Shown: positions 1-12,882 of the stretch, piece by piece
Layout of the letters: each line of letters opens with the position of its first letter
Numbering within the stretch: position 1 is the first letter of the stretch
Assembly: GCF_009914755.1 (NCBI RefSeq)
Contig: NC_060945.1
Length of the DNA stretch: 64,000 nucleotides
DNA from: the human T2T-CHM13v2.0 reference genome, Homo sapiens
Reading direction: 5' to 3' (one strand)
Translations under genes and position numbers: made by a program
Notes under the pieces: model-generated
Databases searched by the model: none
The model's input: the letters and a program-made list of their open reading frames with translations, nothing else
Told to the model about the DNA's origin: nothing

Positions 1-89
1 TTCCTTAGGGTCCAGGTTGTTCTCTGGATTATCGCTAAAGAAATCTATTACACTGAGAGTGAATCAGGTATGTTTCTCACAGAAAGGCA

Positions 90-290
90 GCATGGCACTG
101 AGAGGTAAGTCTGGACTGGAATCAGGAGACCTGGAACTTCCTGCCAGTCCTGCTACCATGGTGAATAATTCACTTCTGTTTGCAAAGCTTTCTGAGTGAC
201 CTTTCCATACTTACAAATTTCTCATCTGCAAAATAAAAGGGTCCTTGGGAAAATTGACAGAGTTCTCACAGTGCTACAATTCTATGAATT
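90..290 (+). mobile_element. MIR SINE relic
   Basis: MIR core-like motifs 'ctggactggaatcaggagacctgg' and 'tttctcatctgcaaaat'; boundaries approximate. Confidence 0.6.
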
Positions 291-2224
291 TAACCTGGTT
301 TATTTGATTTATAAATAAGTAAAATCAGTTTAAAGCCATTAGAAATGACATTCCTAAATGCGATTCATTAAGCATCCACAAATTATCTAAAGCAATGGTT
401 AGTATAACAAAAAAAGCCTGTATTTTAAATTATAGTGTTTTTTAGGTTATTATTATAAAAAATAATTGTATAGACCAAAAACATACAGCCAGGTTCAAAA
501 TATTACACTGAAAACCCTTTAGTAATATTTTTCAAAAATATTATACTAGGAGTTTATATATTTTCCTAACACCTAAGGAAATGAGTATTAAATAAAACAT
601 GAAAATTCATCAATATTATTTCTCACTTCGTGGGTTATCTGAATGATATAAACCATGAAGCAATAAGTAATATTGGTTTTGAATTTTTACCTTTCTTGCT
701 AATGTTCTATATGAATACCAAAATTTTCTTTAATTGTAAGATTATAATAATGTTCAATAGCTAATCCAAACTCATGTGTGTAGTTTTAGTTTCCTCTTAG
801 ATTTAGGATTATATTTAATGTGATTCTGTTTGTCTGGCAGTGTTTCCATTATTTTGGCAGCTGGCAAGGAGGATTGGTTATACGAAGCTTTTCTATTTTC
901 CCTGCAATTTCCAACTTGGCTCCAACTTTTAGTAATCGTATTTTTGCTTCCGTTTAAAGGAACTGTATGCAGAATGTCATTTATTAGGTAACCACTTATC
1001 TGTGAAAAAATCCTACTTATTCTATTTTTGACAAAGTGATAAAGATAGCTTTGCAGTGAAATGCTGAGTAACAAGCAAATCAGACTGCAACATAGACTCG
1101 GGAAAAAAAAATCTCTGCTAAAAAAAGTCAAATCCATCTACCCTTTGAGGGTTAAAAAGAAAAGCATTTCTACCAACGATACTAAAGTTAAAAAAACGTA
1201 GAATTTATGATGTTTTCCCTTTAAAACTAGAGAACAAATAATTTATGACTGCTACAGGCCTATATTTTCATTTCAGTGGAATCTTAGTGTCCCCTACTGG
1301 TATTCAAAAAATGTAAAATATTAATAATATTTTCTGGTTTTCTTTTTAGAGAAGTATTTTCTATTATAGCAACATGGAAATCTTCCAAAAGCATTGTTTT
1401 ATTAACCTGACCTTTGTAAAGTTGAGAATGAATGTGAGTTTAGGTTCTACCTTTAGGCAGATTTTTGAAACCTAACTGAAGCTGCCAGTTAAACGCAAAG
1501 CAATATTTTTTAAAGTTAACTGATCTGCAGGGTTTGAATTGAGTTGTTTCTGAACCATAAGGTAAACAAGTGATGTATTTTCTTTCATTCTCTCCTTTTG
1601 TAAGTTTAATTTTTGTCAAAGTAGTATAAAAATGAATTCAAATGTAATTATAGCCTTTTGGTAGCCTCTAGGACTATAGAGTTTTTAAAAACAAAACAGT
1701 CCATTGATTTTTTTCCACCTGTCATTCCTGCTTTCCAGAGGCCACAGAGTTCAAGTCCTCTAGCTATATTCTTAAAAATCTGCCTTTTTATTTCTAAAAA
1801 AATCAAGTTTATGCTTCCATTTCTCTCTTGTTGTTTTCAAATTAGCCACTTCTTTTGACTCCCTACAATGAAAGATAAGAATTAAGCTTTTTACCAAAAA
1901 CACACACACTTACAGGGAGTCACATCCCTCCCCACATATCACACACAACCTTAAAATATCAGTCACAGCTGATCCCTTATTATATAATTATTGCATATAA
2001 TTTCCTATGTACACTTGCTTGTCCTGAAAACTGAAATAGCCCTTAATCCTTTTCTTTTATATAGCCATCATTAAACACTAGTATATTTCATGTATACATA
2101 TTTATGCACAGACTTTTTTACATATTAATAACAGTCATACATTCTTTGAAGTCAAAATAAAATGATTGGGTTAATGCGTTTAGTGAATTTACAGAGGGAA
2201 GACAGTATCTCTATTTTCTGAGCC

Positions 2225-2375
2225 CCAGACTAGATTCCAGAGACCAACCTAGTTGCTAGAATTCTGCCACTGACTACCTGTGGAAGCTTGGGTATGTCAT
2301 TTTACCTCTCCATGCCTCCAATTTTTCATCCGCAAAATAAAAACATTGGCCTATACTTTCTAAAGTTCTCTGACA
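2225..2375 (+). mobile_element. MIR SINE relic
   Basis: 'ctgccactgactacctgtggaagcttgggtatgtcattttacctctccatgcctccaatttttcatccgcaaaat' resembles the MIR core. Confidence 0.65.
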
Positions 2376-2594
2376 CAATTCTAATATAAAATATTATATG
2401 ACATTATGTTAAATATAATATGTTTGATGATATTATATACACATAATATAGATTTAAAAATTTGAATAGGGAAACTCAAAAGAGACTGATAAGGCTTATT
2501 TGTGTCCAGTTCTACTAGTGAATACTAGTATTTCCTGTGAGTTGGATTGTTTATATGCAGTGCATACTTTATTTTACATTCTAAAAGCCTAGAA

Positions 2595-2745
2595 GATGGC
2601 TTTCAAACTTTAACTTTCATCCATTTATTCTACCTGGGGTCATTATTAAAATGATGATTCTAATTCAGTGGATCTGAGAACAGGCCTGAGATACTGCTTT
2701 TCTAATAGGTTTTGCAGTCTCACTTAGAGCAGAAAGGGCCTACAG
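2595..2745. mobile_element. MER5-like hAT-Charlie MITE
   Basis: 'acctggggtcattattaaaatg..attctaattcagtggatctgagaacaggcctgagatactgcttttctaa' resembles MER5A. Confidence 0.6.
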
Positions 2746-3186
2746 TTTAATTTCAGCTGGACCCACCTAGAGAACAAACCTGCAGAACTTCCTCCAGTGT
2801 GTAGGCCACCAAATTCCTCAACACAGCAAGGGTTGTATTGAAGAATTAGGTATTCTTACTAGGTACAGCAAATTATGTAATGAGATTTTGTTACCAAGTA
2901 TTAATGTGAAGTATATTTCTTCAATTTATGTAGTCTTTATGGTAGAAATTGCCAATGCCATTCCTGTAGAATATATTTAGCTGTGTATAATATTATCTTT
3001 CAAATCAATGGAGACCAATCTATTTATCAGCCCTTCATAGGACTCCAAGCCATCAAAGAAGACGATACGATGCTCACAGAGCCATGAATTTATAAGTTAG
3101 CAATATGTGTCTAGATTATTTGCAAAGCATTTCTAATTAGACTATTCATTCCTTTTATTTTTTTAAGTAATGTTTGAATTCCTCGT

Positions 3187-3272
3187 CAGCCCAGATTTCA
3201 CCATTATGCAGTATATGCATGTAACAAAACGGCACTTGTACTCCTTAAATGTATACAAATAAAAATAATAAC
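3187..3272 (+). mobile_element. L1 3' terminal fragment (L1PB4/L1MA-type)
   Basis: 'cagcccagatttcaccattatgcagtatatgcatgtaacaaaacggcacttgtactccttaaatgtatacaaataaaaat' is typical of an L1PB/L1MA 3' end. Confidence 0.75.
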
Positions 3273-5580
3273 AATTTATCTTTAAATTCTACCATAAAAC
3301 TACATAAATTGAAGAAATATATTTAACATTAATACTTGTTAACAAAATATCATTACATAATTTGCTGTGCATAGTAAGGAAAACATTCTTATATAAATTA
3401 TCTCATCTCAAAGAAATGGCCTCCAAACAAAAACAAACAAACAGAAAAAGAATTCTGGCAATTTCTCAAACACCTTTCATACTGCCAGAATAGTCTGCTG
3501 TGAACAATTTGTCCCAGCAGCACTCCATCAGAAAGCACTGTATTGCATCAGTAACACTTCTTTCTGTAGTTTATCAGGAAAGACCATGAAAGAGAGTACT
3601 TTTAATTATTTTTTCGATTCAACCGACCTGCTTTCTAAGACCATGTCCATAAATCATTGTATTTGACCTCTGCAACCTCATCTCACCACACCAGAGGAGG
3701 AAATAGGCCTCCACTCTTTCCTCAAGAAATCACGAGAATCAAAGTCAATTTCCTTTTGAACTCTCCTTCTAAGGCGTCAGAAGAAGTAATCATCTTCTTA
3801 CAATCCCTCCCACCACCTCCTTTTTAATGCTGACCAGAAACCTGAATAAACTCACATTTGACACCCCCCGCCACAAAATGCCTCTTCTCATACAGAATTT
3901 AATGGACACTCCGACCTTCAGAAGAAAGTGGTCCTGATTAAATCAATTAAATATGTTCCCTTCCACGTAAAATGTGCTAGCAAATGGTTGTTATTTTTTT
4001 TTAATCTTCTCAAGAAGAAGGAGAATGAGATTCATTTTTTATTGAGTGTCTAGTAAGACACTGGGCCAGCCTTGAAGATAGAGGAATGAGGGAGAGAGAT
4101 ACCATCCCTGCCCCATCCTGAACTTCTGGACACACAATTCATTAGTGGCCAAGCTCAGACTAAAATCAGAAGCCCCAGATGCTTGGCCTTTAACTTTGCT
4201 TCCTGACACCAAATTACCTAACAAAAAGTATTTCTAATGTACTGAGTCTCAATTCTTGTGAGAGGTGGAATGAACCGTGGAGCCCTATAAAATAATCTTT
4301 GACCCCTACAGCTCATCGAAGTTTAGGTCCAGGTTTCTGTGTTTTTAAATGTCTGCAAAGGAGTTTCTCCAAGTAGAAGGTTTACATGTTACCAGCTGGT
4401 GTTTTCTCCAGATATTGTTTGTGTACTCACTTAGGTATTAAAAAATGGTTGGAGGAAATTAAAACAAAAATATGGTTTATAAAATAGCTTAACTAAATTT
4501 GTTGGTAGTCTGAAATCAAAATGTTGCGGTACATTTCTGTAGGTGTATAATTTATTGCTGAAAATACCTTTTCCATAAAATGCCTAGTTGGCTGTCATTC
4601 TTCCTTTCTCTCTGTTTACTGAGTAAATGGAATAAAATTATGAGATCAGCTCCAAACTATGTTCCAGATCTAAACTTGTATGTTTAACCATAGAAGGATC
4701 AATGCTTACTCAAAGCTAAAAGTCTAGACTATTTGTGATCCGAAAGTTTACTGGGTTCAGGAAACTATCGAAGTGGCAGATGGGAGTTTCATATTGTTTT
4801 CTGGAAAGATACAGGAAAGAATGAGGTTTGTAGCCAACATACATTAATACAACCAGCTCTGATTCTACTTGCTGTGGCATTGTATACATTCCCTAAAATC
4901 CTTTAAGGATTTCAATCTCCAGGTTTAAGTAAGATAAGTCTCAAAGAGCATTTGATGGCAGATTATTTTATTTCATACATGTTGAAACTAATAAACAAAA
5001 GTAGAGAAAATGTCACCTACATATTATTAACATAATACACAAGAAACTGCCTAAGGTCGTAGGTAGTTTAACAGGTTAAGCAAAGTGGAATTACAAAATA
5101 ATATTTTGATTTTCTTCTAGTTTTTAATTTCTAAACAGAATTAGCTGGTTCTTTTGTATAACATTAAATATAATCCATATAATAAAGAATATTTCATTAT
5201 TGATAATTTTTGTTAAAGTTTAATTTTCAAGGCAAACACAGTGTATCAGAATAGTGAGCCCTCTTCCATAAAAGCACTGTGGAATAGATATTTAGTTTTT
5301 CTTGTTGCCATAAACATTTCTTCAAGGATTTGTATCTAACTTTATTACATTTGAAAATATAATTGTATTGATAAACTATATATTTTTTATTTAATATGTC
5401 AAAAACATTTGAGGCATATTGAAGTATAGCATCCATCACAAAGAAAAACATCTACTGTTCAATTAACAGAAAGTGGTTTAGAACGTAGACCCAGACATAG
5501 GTCATATAGATTTTGGTCAAATTTTAACTCAGCTCTGAGCTAAAGACCTGGTATGTGTCTTTAGGAATGTTACTTAATCT

Positions 5581-5682
5581 TAGCTCACTGCAGCCTTAAA
5601 CTTCTGGGCTCAGGCGGTCCTCCTGCCTCATCATCTTCCTCAGTAGCTGGGACTGCATGTGTGTGCCACCATGCACAGCTGA
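5581..5682 (-). mobile_element. Internal AluJ/FLAM-like fragment inside a MIR relic
   Basis: 'tagctcactgcagcctt..ctgggctcagg..cctcctgcctca..gtagctgggact..gccaccatgcacagct'; no tail and no 5' end. Confidence 0.8.
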
Positions 5683-7629
5683 TCCTTCTCTTTCTATGAA
5701 GATAAGGTTAACATCAATTAATTATAGGTATTATTCTAATCGTTATTTTAAACAGTGGCTTAGTTGGCATAAATTTTTTTTGGAAGTAAATAAAAATGAT
5801 ACTTTCAAGTAGATTTTAACGTTAAAGTCTTTAAAGATTTATCCTCCTGTTCAACCTGTAAAGTCTACTCACTTGATTATATACCCAAGTCAGAAGTTCT
5901 GGGACTTGGAATGTGCTTGTTTTGGAATGTTTTTAATCTGATTTTTTAAAAAAATACAGTTTATTTCTCAAAATTTCTAAATGATTTGTTTTCCTAGGTT
6001 GATAGAGTTTATTAATTTTGACATTTAGAGTTTTCTTTCCAGAATTTTTAGCTTTTAAGTAGATATTATCTGCATAAAAATGTGTTTCTGGCTTTCACCT
6101 TTTCTAGAGTTACAAGCTAAGACATTTCTACATACCAGCCAGTAAGAAAGTCTAAAAAGACTACTCGAAAATAAGGCACATGTCTCCTGGCAAAACCAAA
6201 TTTTAAAGGGGTTTGGAAAATTGGAAGGGGATTTGTAAAGCTGACCTATCACCGGCTGCCACTTATGTGGGAGGTGGAGGGCAGGCTATTATAGCATTCC
6301 TTAAGGAAATTCACAAGTATTGCAATCAGGACCTGTCCATTAGTAGTAAAGACTGAGTATTTCCAACTGGGTGCTCACATATCCCAATACAATCTTAAAA
6401 TAAACCCATTACAAATCTCAAGCAAGAAAACGCAACATTTGTAGCATCTAAATATGAGTTTTATTAAGTAAAGAGCAGGTAACATTTAAAAAGAATCTTA
6501 CCAAATTAAGTTTAAAGAACATCATATAGAGACCCATGTTGGTATTACTGAAAAGTAAGATATTTATGTCACTGCGCCAATAGAGTATTCCATCTTGGCT
6601 GACATAGGCGAAAATGACTTGCAAACCCGCCAAAAACTGGGAGATTGAGACAAAAGGACTAGAAGAGAAAAAAACAGAATGTAGTCAGAAAATCTCATGG
6701 AGAATAGTGAATTACACCTTGAGACTTTGCATCATAGAGCTCATAAAATGAAAACTGTACATTGATTTTTTTCTCTTGGTTCAGCTAGAGAGATACTATA
6801 TCAAACATTTCTAAAAATAACACTTTCCACTGGTTTTATCTTATTAAACTGAAAATAAAGCAGTGTTTCAGTAAGGTTGTTGTAAACATGCATTAAAGCT
6901 ATTGTTTGTCAACAGAGGAAGGAACTGAAAAAAATTACAGCACTCCCTCTAAATTATTTACCATAATTACAACATTAACTATAATGAACATAATGCACAG
7001 TTGAAAGACAACTGGTATAAATATGGCTAAAATGCCCAATTCATTGAATAATTCATTTTTCTCATAAATATAATATCATGATTCCTGGTCGTTGAAAAAT
7101 TTATATTTCATAACTATAATAGAATGTTGATAGATTGGGTAAGACCTGAGAGAATTTTAAGATCCTGTCATTAAATCGATATCCTCAGTAACAGAATTTT
7201 CTGACCAAATATTACTAGATAAAATGCACACCTCAATCATAATTTTACTCGGCAGATTGGAAATATGAGAGTTCAAACAAGAATCAATTCAGTTCCATTT
7301 TCTTCTCAAAAAAGTGTATAAGGGACTAAGCAAGATCATTGGTTCCAAGTGAATACCCAAACTACTTTAGCAGGCATTCCTGCTTAGACACTTTTACTTC
7401 TTGCGGCACGTTATCAGTCTCTTTACACTATCACCCCTTAGGAGTCTGGAGTCATTCTGTGAGAATTCTTATCTCCCTTTGTTCAAGCTTACTTTTTCGA
7501 GAAATATTCTTGGATGATACTGAATAAAAAGAGCAGTTCTCAGTAATCTCTCATTTCTAACAACTTTGGGGATAAGTCCAGGGTATTAGTTGTAAATACA
7601 ACACAGAAAACCAAATATCTCAAGTAGGA

Positions 7630-7810
7630 ATGAAGCCTCTGAGTCAGACAAATCTCTTTGAGATTGAAGACAAGCGTGAGACTATTATATTCCCAGATTC
7701 TTCTTGTAAAAAATGAGGATAATCATGACACCTATTTCATAAGATCGTTAGAATTGTGGGAATGTATGGGAAATTCTAAATCCTATGTATGATATGTAAT
7801 AAATACACAT
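7630..7810 (+). mobile_element. MIR relic
   Basis: 'ctctgagtcagacaaatct' and 'tgtaaaaaatgaggataatcatgacacctatttcataagatcgtt'. Confidence 0.55.
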
Positions 7811-9068
7811 TTAAACGCATGCTTCCACCTGCCTTGCTGCCATTGTTATCACATCTGGAAGAGCACAGGGGTCAGTTTTCATGACGTAGTAGAAAACTGG
7901 TGTTAAATATCTTGAAAAAATAATTAATGTGGCAAGAAGTTGACTGAGAGACAATATTATATATAATATTTGAGACAAATTACAGAGGAAAAGGGCAAAC
8001 TGTAGAAAAAGCCATATATATATGAAATATATAAAAAGCCATATATATAACTAAAATATAAATAGCCATATATATATAAAATCTCCAGAAAATAATCATT
8101 TCAGCCTCAGATTATAGGCCTTCTGGGCAAATTAAAACCTAGAGAATCTAAGGGAAAAAGGCACTTGATGAGGACGGAAGACATACTAAGTTAGAAGAAC
8201 ATGTTATGTTACTGATACTCTGTTACTTGTTAAATTATCTTCATGTTAAAAGAAGAAGGTTAATGGAAGAGGACACAACACATTCTGAAAGTCTAGAAAA
8301 TCGAATTTGCCTACCTGTCTTTGACAACAGAAGTTTTAATACAGTCAACAAGGCAGTAATACCTCAATCTTGCACATACTCTGGATTCTACAGTGACTCC
8401 TGTGTCCAGAGCGATATCAGACTGACACAAAGCACTCTACCTTTAAGAATTGTAGATTGTGTAAATGCTAATTTGTACTTGTATCATTTTTTATTCACCA
8501 ACACTCTTGAAAGCTAAGAATAGCACATGATACATAATAACTACTCAGTATAATGGGTTAAATAAATTGACAGAAAATACATACAAATCCAAATATCATT
8601 GTATATTTTATTAAAATAGCAAAGCTGTATCTATCTTTGACCTTTTTTCAGCAATTTATCCTTGGGGATATAGGCTTCAAAAACTCTTAGAAGCTCAGGA
8701 ACAAAAGTGATAAATGGGAAATATAATGCTAAAATTGATTGGAGAACCATCAGGAGAGCGAGATATGCTTTGTCTTTTCAATTGTGAGAATTAGTGCTGG
8801 ATAGCAGAGTGCAGAGTATATCGAATACTAAAAACATGGTTTTACCTATGTAGTTGAATTGGCTTGGTTTTCCTACTCTCATGGTACTGTATCTATATTA
8901 CTCACTCATTAGTTTTCACCTCTGACTCTTTGTTTCCATTCATTAATTTAATACATCAAATGGAAAATTGAGTAAGTAGGGGTTTTCCCCCTCATGTTGT
9001 GTGTGTATCACATTATTCTTTCATATGGCATGTGGGTACATATACACACACACATACCTATATAAAGT

Positions 9069-9165
9069 GAGAGAGAGAGAGAGAAAGTAAGAAAAATGAA
9101 AGAAAGACAAAGAAAGACAAAGAAAGAAAGAAAGAAAGAAAGACAAAGAAAGAAAGAAAGAAAGA
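9069..9165 (+). repeat. (GA)n/(GAAA)n microsatellite
   Basis: Directly visible tandem GA and GAAA/GACAAA units. Confidence 0.95.
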
Positions 9166-9299
9166 GTGAGTTGAGGACACTTTGAAAGATGAGGATGAGA
9201 AATATGCCTAGGTGACATTCATTTATACGGGTTTTTCTGAAGAAACTCGATAATTTACAATGCAAGATTCATCCAGTACTAAAGCCTAAAGATATGTTT

Positions 9300-11000
9300 T
9301 TATTGGCTTCAGACTTTCCAGGACAGATTTCAGATTTTCAAAAGCCCCTGGAAATTGGGAAGGGAAACCCGTTAAAGGAGGTCATGTGGAGAGGGGGAGA
9401 TAAAATCTGTATATAAACTTTATGGAAATATTGATTATACTCAGAAGTAAAGACTCATGTAAAGGGCATTAAAGAGCTTAGTGGAAAATCAAAGAAGAAA
9501 AACCTAAAGTGGTGAACAAATATTTAAACTGCTGGTCAATACAGAGAAGAGAGTTTGCAGTTTGAGTCATGCCAACTGAAGCAGACTCCATAAATAACTA
9601 AGCCTTCCCATCCACACATAAGAATTGCTATATCTTAAGGTTAAATAAAACATCCAGTAGCAGAGGAATTAATCCTAAGAGTAAAACAGAATAGTGTTGT
9701 TAGAACATAGTATAAAACCAAGCCTACAAAACCTCAGTATGATCAGCTGGTAACGTATTTGCACAATCAAATGAATAAATCCTCTTCTAAAGATGTAAAC
9801 TAAACCAAAACCTATGGAAACAGACTATGCACAATATCTAGTATATTATAAAAATTAGTAGACATACCAGGAAGGAAGAAAATATGACTAACTGTCAAGA
9901 CCAAAAAACAGTCAATAAAAACAGACCCTGAGCTTGTTCAAAGGTCAAATTTAAAATAAGGTCTTAACACATTCACTTTTGACATCTTCGAGAACTTAAG
10001 GACAAAAAATATCATAATGACCAAATACATGGGTAGGTACTTCAACCTCAAAGAAGAAATTTAAAATAGAAACAAATAGATATTATAAAATTAAAAATAT
10101 TATATCTGAAAAACAAAAACAGGATGGCTTAGCCATTCACCCTGTAGATAGTTAAAAGATGTCATTTTAATTGAAGAACAACAACAAAAAAAAATGGAAA
10201 GCATAATGAGTAGGTCTTTCACTACTTGTAAGACAATGTCCAATTTTCTAATGTAAGTGTAAATGGTCCTTTAAGGAGTGGAAAAAGAGATTGTCCAGGA
10301 AAAATAGTATAGTTGAATAAAAAAATTGCAAACTGTCTAAATTTTATAACAATATTAAACCAAAAATACAAGAAGTTTGATAATTCTCAAGAAATGTATC
10401 AGAAAGTAAACAAAATAAAAAGTAGTTAGTTATATCATATTCAAATTTCTAAAAACAAAAAGAAAAGATAAAACCTGAATGTCACCAAAATAAAAATAGC
10501 AGATTACTTACAGGGGAGCAACAATATGAATTATAGCCAGTGTCTCCTCAGAAAAAATGGTGTAAGAAAACAATAGAAAAATAAGTCTCTCAACTAACAA
10601 ATATATATAGACAGAAAATATTCTTGAAACATAAATGAAAAATAGAGATTTTTTTTTTTCAAATAAAGCCAAGAGGAGACCCATACTATAGAAAATGTCA
10701 AAGGAAATCTTACATTGAGAACAAATGGCATAAGATGGGAATTAGAATGGGCATGAAGTATTGAACATGGAAAACAAAATAAAAATAGCAGAAAAGAGAA
10801 AAGGGACATATTGAATTATACTAATGCAATAACTGTTAATAAATAAATAAATAAATAATATCAAGTAGTATAGCTGAAAAGCTAATAGAGGAATCAAAAT
10901 AGAACAGTAAAATAGTTAATACACCCAAAAGAAAGAAGGAAGAAGATTTAAAAAAATTAATAAGTAGAAGACAAATAGAAAATAAATAGCAAACGGATTT
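9300..11000 (+). mobile_element. Old L1M (L1MD/ME-like) 5'/ORF1/inter-ORF relic
   Basis: A-rich, with decayed ORF1 motifs ('atcatattcaaatttctaaaaac', 'ttacaggggagcaacaatatgaattatagccagtgtctcctcagaaaaaatgg'); ends at the inter-ORF 'aataaatagcaa'; 5' boundary uncertain. Confidence 0.65.
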
Positions 11001-12882
11001 GAGAGAAGATGGCAGATAGGAGACAAAAATGACATGCAGCTCCCATCTGGATGGACAGAATAGCAAGGGGAGACTCACACTATGGACTTTTGCTCCAGGA
11101 ACCACCACAGAAGTGTACCAAGAAAACCAAAACAAATTACAATTTCTTTCAAAGAAATGGCAGCCTGCTGCAAATTCCTCAAGACAGACAAAAAACTCTG
11201 GTGCTCTCTTGAATGTGTCACCTCTTGGCTGGAGACCAGCCAACTCAGGACATTACAGCAACTCAGGACAGAACAACCATGCTCCAAGGAAGGAGAAAAC
11301 AACAGTTAATTCCACTGCCTGCAACATCCTGGCTAAACAGTTGTCCTGAGTCTGCCCATGTGACAAGTTCACTGCAAGAATAACTGGCATTCAAGAAAGC
11401 CAAAACACGAGCATATCTAAAATCAAGGACTCTCACAGAGTCTACTGCACTCCCCTGTTATCTCCAACAGAGCAGGTGCTAGTATCCATGGCTGGGAGAC
11501 CTGAAGATGGATTGCATCATAGTACTATTTGCAGACATTCCTCAGTACCAGCCCAGAGCTTTGTAGCCCCACTGGGTGGCTAAACCGAGAAGAGGAATAA
11601 TAATCATTGCAGTCTGGCTCAAAGGAAGCCCCATCCCTAGGGGAAGGGGGAGTGCATCACATCCAGGGATCACCTTGTGGGACAAAAGAATCTGGACAGC
11701 AGCCCTTGAGTTCCAGATTTTTCCACTGAAAGAGCCTATTCAAATGAGAAGGAATAAGAAAAGTAATTCTGGCAATAAGACAAAATGAGATTCTATAGCA
11801 CCCCCAAAAGACCACACTAGCTCCCCAGCAATGGATCCAAACCAAGAAGAAATCTCTTAATTACCAGATAAAGAATTCAGAAGGCTGATTATTGAGCTAC
11901 TCAAGGAGATATCAGAGAAAAGTGAGATCCAACTTAAATAAATAAAAAAAAATACAGTTGTGGATCAAAAATGCTCCAGAGAATTAGATTTAGAAAAAGC
12001 AACAATAACTTCTGGAAATGAAAGGCACATTTATAGAAGTGCATAATGCACTGAAAAGTTTCAGCGATAGAATTGAACAAGCAGAAGAAAGAACTTCAGA
12101 GCTTGAAGATAGGCTTTTGAAGTAACTCAATCAGACAAAGACAAAGAAAAAAGAATAAAAAAATGTACAAAGCCTCCAAGAAGTTTGAGATTATGTTAAA
12201 TGGCCAAACCTCAGAATAATTTGTATTCCTGAGGAAGAAGATAAATCTAAAAGTTTGGAAAATGTATTTGAGAGGCTATGAGGAAAACTGCCCTGGCCTT
12301 CCTAGAGATCTGGACATCCAAATACAAGAAGCTCAAAGAACACCTGAGAAATTCATTGCAAAAAGGTAATCACCCAGGTACACAGTCATCAAGTTACCTA
12401 AAGTCAGACAAAGGAAATAATCTTAAGAACTGTGCAGCAAAAGCATCAGGTAACCTACAAAGGAAAACCTATCATATTGACAGCAGATTTCTCAGCAGAA
12501 ACACTAGAAATGGGAAAGAACTGGGGTTCTATCTTTAGCCTCCTCGAACAAAATATTTGCCAGCCAAGAATTGTGTATCCAGCAGAACTAAGCTTCATCA
12601 GCAAAAGGGAAAAAAAGTCTTTTTCAGACAACAACAATAAAAAAAAAACACGCTGAGACAATTCACCACTACCAAGCCAGCACTACAAGAAATGCTAAAA
12701 CGTGTTCTAAATCTTGAAGGAAAACCTAGGAATTCAACAAAATAGAACTGCCTTAAACCATAAATCTCACAGGACTTATAAAACAATGACACAAAGGAAA
12801 AAAAAAAGGCATTCAGGCAACAACTAGCATGATGAATAACAATACCTCACATCTCAATACTAATGTTGAATGTAAATCACCT
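11001..12882 (+). mobile_element. L1PB-type (L1PBa-like) 5'UTR + disrupted ORF1 + first codons of ORF2; 5'UTR internally deleted, 3' end lost
   Basis: Starts 'gagagaagatggcagatagg..gcagctccca'; ORF1 start MRRNKKSNSGN at about 11744; ORF1 motif VTYKGKPIILTADFSAETL; ends at ORF2 start 'cacatctcaatactaatgttgaatgtaaat'; aligns with the element at 61050. Confidence 0.9.

Noticed and set aside
772-1137. 121-aa minus-strand ORF
   Set aside because: No recognisable domain or exon context; consistent with a chance ORF in AT-rich DNA.
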